DNA of 45,573 nucleotides from Aigarchaeota archaeon (GTDB lineage Archaea > Thermoproteota > Nitrososphaeria_A > Caldarchaeales > Wolframiiraptoraceae). Location of the stretch: assembly GCA_025059415.1 (NCBI GenBank), contig JANXDQ010000002.1:9940-55512 (forward strand), written 5' to 3'. Made by a program: the position numbers and the translations under genes. This document shows positions 40,082-45,573 of the stretch, one piece after another (within the stretch, counting starts at the first letter, position 1; each line of letters opens with the position of its first letter). Under the pieces are notes generated by a model. It was not told the origin of the DNA and made no database searches. It worked only from the letters and a program-made list of their open reading frames with translations.

Positions 40082-41533
40082 TTGAAGGTGCCGTTGGAGA
40101 GGGTCGAAGACGTTGTTTGGAGGATACCCAAGTTCAGACCCGACATGCGTGTACCAGTCCTGGTCTTCGCGTCTGAGGAACTATTGGGGAAGATGCAGGA
40201 GGATAGGACGCTCATACAGGGCGCGAACGTCACAACCCTCCCGGGAATAGTCAAGCACGCGGCCGTTTTGCCGGATGCGCATGAGGGCTACGGCTTCCCA
40301 ATAGGGGGAGTCGCGGCAACGGATTACGAGGATGGCGTGATCTCGCCGGGAGGCGTTGGCTACGACATCAACTGTGGTGTCAGATTGATGGTCACGAACC
40401 TGGACGAGGAGGATGTGAAGCCAAAAATAAGGGAGCTCGTCGAGGTGATCTTCAGGAACGTACCCTCCGGTCTTGGATCTAGGAGAAGGGATTTCCAGGT
40501 CACGAAGAGCGAGCTCGATAAAATAGCGGTTGAGGGGGCGCGTTACGTGATAGAGAGATTTGGATTGGGATGGCCTGAAGATCTGAAGTATATCGAGGAG
40601 GAGGGCTGCCTCGAGGGCGCCGACCCCACTTACGTCAGCGCGGCCGCGAAGGAGAGGGGTTATCCACAGATAGGAACTCTCGGTAGTGGAAACCACTTCT
40701 TAGAAATCCAAGTCGTGGACAAGATATTTGACGAGAGGGCGGCTAAGAAGATGGGGATAACTCACGAGGGCCAGGTAACAGTCCTAGTCCACACCGGGAG
40801 TAGGGGATATGGCCACCAGATCTGCAGCGATTATCTAAAGGTCATGGAGAGGGCTTCGCAGAAATATGGGATAAGGTTGCCGGATCGGGAGCTCGCTTGC
40901 GCGCCCGCGAAGAGCAGAGAGGCGGAGAGCTACCTCAAGGCATTCAGCTGCGCAGTCAACTACGCCTTCGCGAATAGGCAGGCCATCAGCCACTGGGTTA
41001 GACAGAGCTTCGGGGAGGTATTCAAGCAGCCGCCGGAGGCGCTTGGCCTCAAGCTGGTCTACGATGTGGCGCATAACATAGTAAAGCTCGAAGAGCACGT
41101 TGTCGACGGCTCGAGGAGGAGGGTGTGGGTCCATCGCAAGGGCGCAACCAGGAGCTTCCCCGCCGGCCACCAGCTCATCCCAGACTCATATAAGGACATA
41201 GGCCAGCCGGTGCTCCTACCCGGATCCATGGGGACCGCCAGCTGGGTCCTCTTGGGAAATCAGAGGGCCATGGATATGACTTTCGGGAGTACTGCTCATG
41301 GCGCGGGTAGGACTGCGAGCCGAGCCGCCGCGAAGAGGGTCTTGAGGGCCCAAGATGTGATCAACGAGTTGAACCGCAGGGGGATCTACATTAGGAGCGA
41401 TAGCCTGGAGACGGTCGTCGAGGAGGCCGACCAAGCCTACAAGAACGTAGACATAGTTGCCGATGTGAGCGATAGGGCTGGAATCGGTACAAAAGTCGCG
41501 AGGCTCATCCCTATAGGCGTCGTCAAGGGGTAG
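40082..41533 (+). CDS. rtcB: RNA-splicing ligase RtcB (tRNA ligase)
   Basis: 483 aa. PDAHEGYGFPIGG, GYDINCGVR, GSGNHFLEIQ, HTGSRGYGHQ and AHGAGR motifs. No intein. TTG start. Confidence 0.95.
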   Translation: MKVPLERVEDVVWRIPKFRPDMRVPVLVFASEELLGKMQEDRTLIQGANVTTLPGIVKHAAVLPDAHEGYGFPIGGVAATDYEDGVISPGGVGYDINCGVRLMVTNLDEEDVKPKIRELVEVIFRNVPSGLGSRRRDFQVTKSELDKIAVEGARYVIERFGLGWPEDLKYIEEEGCLEGADPTYVSAAAKERGYPQIGTLGSGNHFLEIQVVDKIFDERAAKKMGITHEGQVTVLVHTGSRGYGHQICSDYLKVMERASQKYGIRLPDRELACAPAKSREAESYLKAFSCAVNYAFANRQAISHWVRQSFGEVFKQPPEALGLKLVYDVAHNIVKLEEHVVDGSRRRVWVHRKGATRSFPAGHQLIPDSYKDIGQPVLLPGSMGTASWVLLGNQRAMDMTFGSTAHGAGRTASRAAAKRVLRAQDVINELNRRGIYIRSDSLETVVEEADQAYKNVDIVADVSDRAGIGTKVARLIPIGVVKG

Positions 41534-41539
41534 GCGGAG

Positions 41540-41767
41540 ATGTTCGAGAAGATAAACCCCTTGTCTTTTCTGGGAGCAATTCTCATAGTGCTCGGCATAA
41601 TCCTCGTCCTATTACCGATAATCCAGAAGATCGCGCCGTCATTGGAGAAGGCGCATCCACTGCTGATCATCGGGAAACGTGTGGACGGCGTCTACATCGG
41701 GACGTCCCCGATCTTATTCATCGTCCTAACGGCAATCTACATAGTCCTCATCTTGTTGAGGAAATAA
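41540..41767 (+). CDS. Small two-TM membrane protein
   Basis: 75 aa with two hydrophobic helices. Starts 6 nt after the rtcB stop. Confidence 0.5.
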   Translation: MFEKINPLSFLGAILIVLGIILVLLPIIQKIAPSLEKAHPLLIIGKRVDGVYIGTSPILFIVLTAIYIVLILLRK

Positions 41768-42427
41768 CTAGGCAACTAGGCGCCTTGATCTAGAGAGATA
41801 ATCCAAGACCTCGGAATCGCTGAGCTGCGAGAAGTCGCGGTAGAATTGCCCTATGGCGAAGAATGGATATGGTGTCTCAACACATCTAACCTCATCAACC
41901 TCTGGGGATATCTTCGGCAATATCTCGGGAGGCGCAACGGGAATCGCTATGATCAATTTCCTTGGATTCATCTTTCTTAGGAACCTAGCAGTCGCGATCA
42001 TCGTCGCCCCAGTCGCGATCCCATCATCCACGACTATCACCAGGTATTCGCTTAGATCGGGGAGGGATTTTCCGCCACGGTAAACCCTTATCCTCCGCTT
42101 GATCTCCTCCAGCTCCCTCTCCGCCTCCACCCTTATCCAATCCTCGCGTATCCCCAAGCTCCCTGCAATAGATTCCTCTACGTAGATGGTCCCATCTTCC
42201 GCGACCGCGCCGACCGCCAGCTCCGGATCCCCGGGTGCCCCTATTTTCCGCGGGACGGTTACATCCAAGGGAGCGTTAAGTTCTGACGCGATTACATGGC
42301 CGATTACCACGCCGCCTCTCGGGATCGCTATGACCGCACACTTCTCATTCCTAATGTCTCTCAATAGCTCCGCGAGCCTCCTACCGGCATCCAGCCTATC
42401 CTTGAACAAGGACCCCAACCAGACCAC
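41768..42427 (-). CDS. Phosphoribosyltransferase-family protein (COG1926-like)
   Basis: FKDRLDAGRRLAELL start region and PRPP loop LVIVVDDGIATGATM. The start may be an internal TTG. Confidence 0.8.
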   Translation of the reverse strand: MVWLGSLFKDRLDAGRRLAELLRDIRNEKCAVIAIPRGGVVIGHVIASELNAPLDVTVPRKIGAPGDPELAVGAVAEDGTIYVEESIAGSLGIREDWIRVEAERELEEIKRRIRVYRGGKSLPDLSEYLVIVVDDGIATGATMIATARFLRKMNPRKLIIAIPVAPPEILPKISPEVDEVRCVETPYPFFAIGQFYRDFSQLSDSEVLDYLSRSRRLVA

Positions 42428-42520
42428 TTCGAGATAACCATTTTTAGAAAATGGAAATTAATTTTTCCCTGGAGGCGCCGAATTCTTTATTAAAGGGGGG
42501 ATCCATGAAATACCTGAAAA

Positions 42521-42730
42521 ATGACATCTCAACCAGGTCCTGAGGAAAAGATCCTGTATCAATGCGTATGGTGCGGGAGGGTATTTGAGAAGATTATGTT
42601 ATCTAAGATAGCTGAAGCCAGGTGCCCCTATTGCGGCTTTAACGTCATAAGGAAGGCGAGGCCCCTGGCCGCAAAACTGATAGTGACATCGAAGCTAACG
42701 GAGGAGCAGAGGCTTTTAACGGAAACCTAG
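42521..42730 (+). CDS. rpoP: DNA-directed RNA polymerase subunit P (Rpo12/RpoP), extended form
   Basis: Core [10 protein letters not shown]...[16 protein letters not shown] matches the RpoP zinc ribbon. At 69 aa it is about 20 aa longer than typical RpoP. Confidence 0.7.
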   Translation: MTSQPGPEEKILYQCVWCGRVFEKIMLSKIAEARCPYCGFNVIRKARPLAAKLIVTSKLTEEQRLLTET

Positions 42731-43113
42731 CTCTTTAACCCCCTTATCTCCGCAATCTTCTTCACTATCTCGTCAAGGAAGTCTTTTGCATCTCCTGGAT
42801 CCGTTATTGAGACGCTGCTGGCATTTACTTGGAGCCCCGCCGCATTTCCGAGCTCTTTCTTTGATGAGATAAATACGTAGGGCACTTTCCGCTCGTCACA
42901 GAGGACTGGTAGAAACGCGACTATCTCAGGCGGGTCGACGTCCATCGCTATGACGACGAATTTGGCCTGACCTCTCTCAATCGACTTGATGACCTCATTT
43001 ACCCCCTTCCTTATCTTCCCGGTCTCCCTGGCGATCTTCACGACCTCGAGGGTTGCCTTCATCAGCTCCTCGGGCACCTCGAAGTTGACATAATATGGCC
43101 TCGGATTAGGCAT
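42727..43113 (-). CDS. rpl7ae: 50S ribosomal protein L7Ae (K-turn binding)
   Basis: 128 aa. [46 protein letters not shown]. Confidence 0.95.
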   Translation of the reverse strand: MPNPRPYYVNFEVPEELMKATLEVVKIARETGKIRKGVNEVIKSIERGQAKFVVIAMDVDPPEIVAFLPVLCDERKVPYVFISSKKELGNAAGLQVNASSVSITDPGDAKDFLDEIVKKIAEIRGLKS

Positions 43114-43220
43114 ATGCCCTCATCTCCAAGCTCCTAGGAAATCCCAAGTTAAAAAACCTTCCCACAAATAGATACCCGTGAAATGGGACGATTATTAAGC
43201 CAGCGCCGGGGCTCTAGAAG

Positions 43221-44954
43221 ATGGAAGGTGGGGAGATGAGCCTTCGGGAAAAGGCGTTGAAGTGGGCTTTGAAGAACGCCGTCGATCATGATGGGAAGGC
43301 GATGATGGGCCCGGTCATAGCTAAGATCTTGGGCGAAAACCCGGAGTTGAAGTCCGAGATAGAGAGGGTGAAGGAGGAGGTTGTGTTGGCGGTTAAAGAG
43401 GTGAACGCGATGACCCTAGATCAGCAATATGAGTTGTTGGAGAAAATCGCGCCCGAGCTGCTCACGGTGAGGAAAGCTGAGGAGAAGAGGCTTCCACCCC
43501 TCCCAGAGGCTGAGAAAGGCGGAGTCGTCACCAGGCTCCCACCCGAGCCCAGCGGATACATGCACATAGGCCACGCGATGAGCGGCCTCCTAAACTATCT
43601 CTACGCCGAGATGTATGATGGAGAGATCTGGCTCAGATTCGAGGACACCGATCCGCGGAAGGTGAAGCCTGAATACTATGAGAGTTTCAAGAAGGGTTAC
43701 CGATGGCTTGGGATAGAGTGGGATCACGAGAAGAATAACAGCGACGATATGGAGCGGTTCTACGAGTACGCCGAGCAACTAATCAAGATGGGGAAGGCAT
43801 ATGTCTGCACATGCCCCGTTGAGGAGATTAGGAGGCTGAGGGCCCTTGGGGAAGAATGTGAGCACAGAAGGCTGGGAATTGATGAAAACCTTCATCTCTG
43901 GGGTGAAATGCTCGCCGGTGGATTTGGAGAAGGCGAAGCCATTCTCAGACTCGTCGGAGACATAAAACACATGAACACCACCCTCAGGGATCCAGCTCTC
44001 TTCAGGATAATAGAGCACCCACATCCCATGGCCGGAAATCGATACAGGGTTTGGCCCCTCTACGACTTCGCCGTCTCAATTGAAGACTACCTGTGCGGCA
44101 TCACTCACGTCTTGAGGACCAGTGAATTCGCCCTGAGAGACGAATTGCAAAACTACATCAGGAGCCTACTCGGCATGAACAGGAACCCAATCTACATAGA
44201 GTATTCGAGGTTTGAGTTCAAGGGAACCCCCGTTTCGAAGAGGAAGCTGAGGGCGATATTGGAGACCGGGCTGGCGGAAAGATGGGACGATCCGAGGTTT
44301 CCAACGATCGAGGGGATTAAGAGGAGGGGGATACTTCCAGAGTCCATAAAGGAGTTCACGATAACCCAGACCGGGTTCTCCTACGCCAAACGCGAATATG
44401 ACTGGAGCCTGCTCTTCGCAATAAATAGGAGGATCCTTGATCCAAGGGCGAGGAGGTTATTCTTCACACCCGACCCCGTTAAGCTGATAGTCCACGATGC
44501 GCCGAATTTGGTCATAGAAGCCCCATACCACCCCGATAAAAAGGAACTGGGTTCGAGGAAATTAACCGCGACGGGTGAATTCTACATCTCCGGACGGGAT
44601 GCCGAAGAGATGAAGATAGGCGAAGTCATCAGATTGAAGTATTTGATGAATGCCAAGGTCGTTGAGAAAAGTGTTGAAGGAGTCGTCGCGAAGTTCTCGG
44701 GAATGGAGGTGCAGAGGGACTTAAAGATAATACAGTGGGTCCCCGCTGAGGAATCAATCGAGGTAAAGGTTTTGGTGCCCGGGCCGCTATATCTCAACGG
44801 CGAAATCAATCCAGAAAGCCTGAGGACGGTGACCGGATTCGGCGAAGTGGCGATCGAGGGCGTCGAATTGGGCGAGATAGTCCAGTTCGAGAGGTTCGGA
44901 TTCTGTAGGAGGGATTCGGACTCCGAATGCATCTTCATAAAAGCTCACGACTGA
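43221..44954 (+). CDS. gltX: Glutamate--tRNA ligase (archaeal type)
   Basis: HIGH motif PSGYMHIGHA and KMSKS-like VSKRKL. 577 aa. ATG at 43236 is an alternative start. Confidence 0.93.
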   Translation: MEGGEMSLREKALKWALKNAVDHDGKAMMGPVIAKILGENPELKSEIERVKEEVVLAVKEVNAMTLDQQYELLEKIAPELLTVRKAEEKRLPPLPEAEKGGVVTRLPPEPSGYMHIGHAMSGLLNYLYAEMYDGEIWLRFEDTDPRKVKPEYYESFKKGYRWLGIEWDHEKNNSDDMERFYEYAEQLIKMGKAYVCTCPVEEIRRLRALGEECEHRRLGIDENLHLWGEMLAGGFGEGEAILRLVGDIKHMNTTLRDPALFRIIEHPHPMAGNRYRVWPLYDFAVSIEDYLCGITHVLRTSEFALRDELQNYIRSLLGMNRNPIYIEYSRFEFKGTPVSKRKLRAILETGLAERWDDPRFPTIEGIKRRGILPESIKEFTITQTGFSYAKREYDWSLLFAINRRILDPRARRLFFTPDPVKLIVHDAPNLVIEAPYHPDKKELGSRKLTATGEFYISGRDAEEMKIGEVIRLKYLMNAKVVEKSVEGVVAKFSGMEVQRDLKIIQWVPAEESIEVKVLVPGPLYLNGEINPESLRTVTGFGEVAIEGVELGEIVQFERFGFCRRDSDSECIFIKAHD

Positions 44955-45026
44955 ACTAAATTCATCGCGCCCTCATCCCCCTTCTACACCGGCATGAGGC
45001 TTGTCTAGATTCGTCGACATTTCGGC

Positions 45027-45573
45027 TTATCTGAGCCTTTGTCTCACCCATTCTATGAGCGGGCCGAGGAGCACGTGTTGACTCTTCTTCAAAGCCTCTA
45101 CATCCCTGCATCCCGTTAGGAACATGGCTGCTCTGAGCTCATTCCTGATCCTTGACAAGAACTCAACCACCTCCTCGGCGCTATTCGCCGCTGGTTTTAG
45201 GAGGGGGTATGCCATACCCGCCATCTCGGCCCCCATTGATAGCGCCTTCGCGACGTCTAGGCCCGTCCTTATTCCGCCGGACGCTATGACCTCGATGCCC
45301 ACTATTGATGAGACCTCGATTATCGACGCCGCGGTCGGTATGCCCCATTCAAGGAAGGTCCTCGCGAGCTCTTCCTTCTCCCTATTGACCCCCCTCGCCC
45401 TCATCATCTCGATCTTAGCCCAACATGTGCCGCCGGCGCCCGCCACGTCTATCGCCCTCACACCGAGCGCTTTAAGCGACTTAGCGACCTCAGCCGAAAT
45501 CCCGCATCCAATTTCTTTCACGATCACCGGGACATCCAATTTCTCCACGGCTTCACCTATCGCATTTAGTATC
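45027..45573 (-). CDS. fni: Isopentenyl-diphosphate delta-isomerase type 2 (FMN-dependent), C-terminal part; the 5' end lies beyond the right edge
   Basis: VPVIVKEIGCGIS..., IDVAGAGGTCWAKIE and ASGGIRTGLDVAKAL are typical of IDI-2. The frame stays open upstream of the track start to the window edge. Confidence 0.85.
   Translation of the reverse strand, partial: ILNAIGEAVEKLDVPVIVKEIGCGISAEVAKSLKALGVRAIDVAGAGGTCWAKIEMMRARGVNREKEELARTFLEWGIPTAASIIEVSSIVGIEVIASGGIRTGLDVAKALSMGAEMAGMAYPLLKPAANSAEEVVEFLSRIRNELRAAMFLTGCRDVEALKKSQHVLLGPLIEWVRQRLR

Noticed and set aside
43101-43160. Possible L7Ae autoregulatory K-turn in its own 5' leader (GGAGAUGAGGG and the palindrome GGCATATGCC spanning the start codon)
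   Set aside because: I could not assemble the tandem G-A pairs plus 3-nt bulge of a K-turn. GGAG is more simply a Shine-Dalgarno-like element and the palindrome is only 10 nt.

Overview
This window looks like an archaeal chromosome segment, most likely from a TACK-type lineage. A crenactin gene suggests a Thermoproteales- or Korarchaeota-like organism, but no search was possible, so that assignment is inference. It is densely packed, about 90% coding, and mostly housekeeping. It holds a crenactin gene in a tightly overlapping cluster downstream of aEF-2, and the secE-spt5-rpl11-rpl1-rplP0 cluster. It also has alaS, the stalk protein P1, gltX, rtcB, FEN-1, endonuclease IV, HflX, NAC, MBF1, S4, L7Ae, RpoP, aEF-1beta, MoaC/MoaB, Taw1 and Trm5 (wyosine pathway), ThiDN, and two Cdc48/VCP paralogues. 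One RNA gene is present, a tRNA-Gln(UUG) interrupted by two introns that both fold into bulge-helix-bulge motifs. I saw no CRISPR array, no rRNA, and no intact transposase or integrase. I did not find an obvious defence or mobile system. The observations I consider most worth follow-up are: (1) a 584-aa protein that fuses a winged helix, an ATP-cone and a class III ribonucleotide-reductase-like core lacking the radical and catalytic parts; (2) the crenactin cluster with two uncharacterised, translationally overlapping partner ORFs; (3) the two-intron tRNA-Gln; (4) clear nucleotide-level gene-conversion tracts between and within the two inverted Cdc48 genes; (5) an uncharacterised P-loop NTPase embedded in a thiamine-salvage cluster; (6) a tail-less P0 with an uncoupled, inverted P1/alaS block; (7) a decayed AT-rich patch next to the tRNA containing an ABC-ATPase gene relic. 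All functional calls rest on motif recognition by eye. Many start codons are uncertain because GTG and TTG starts are frequent.
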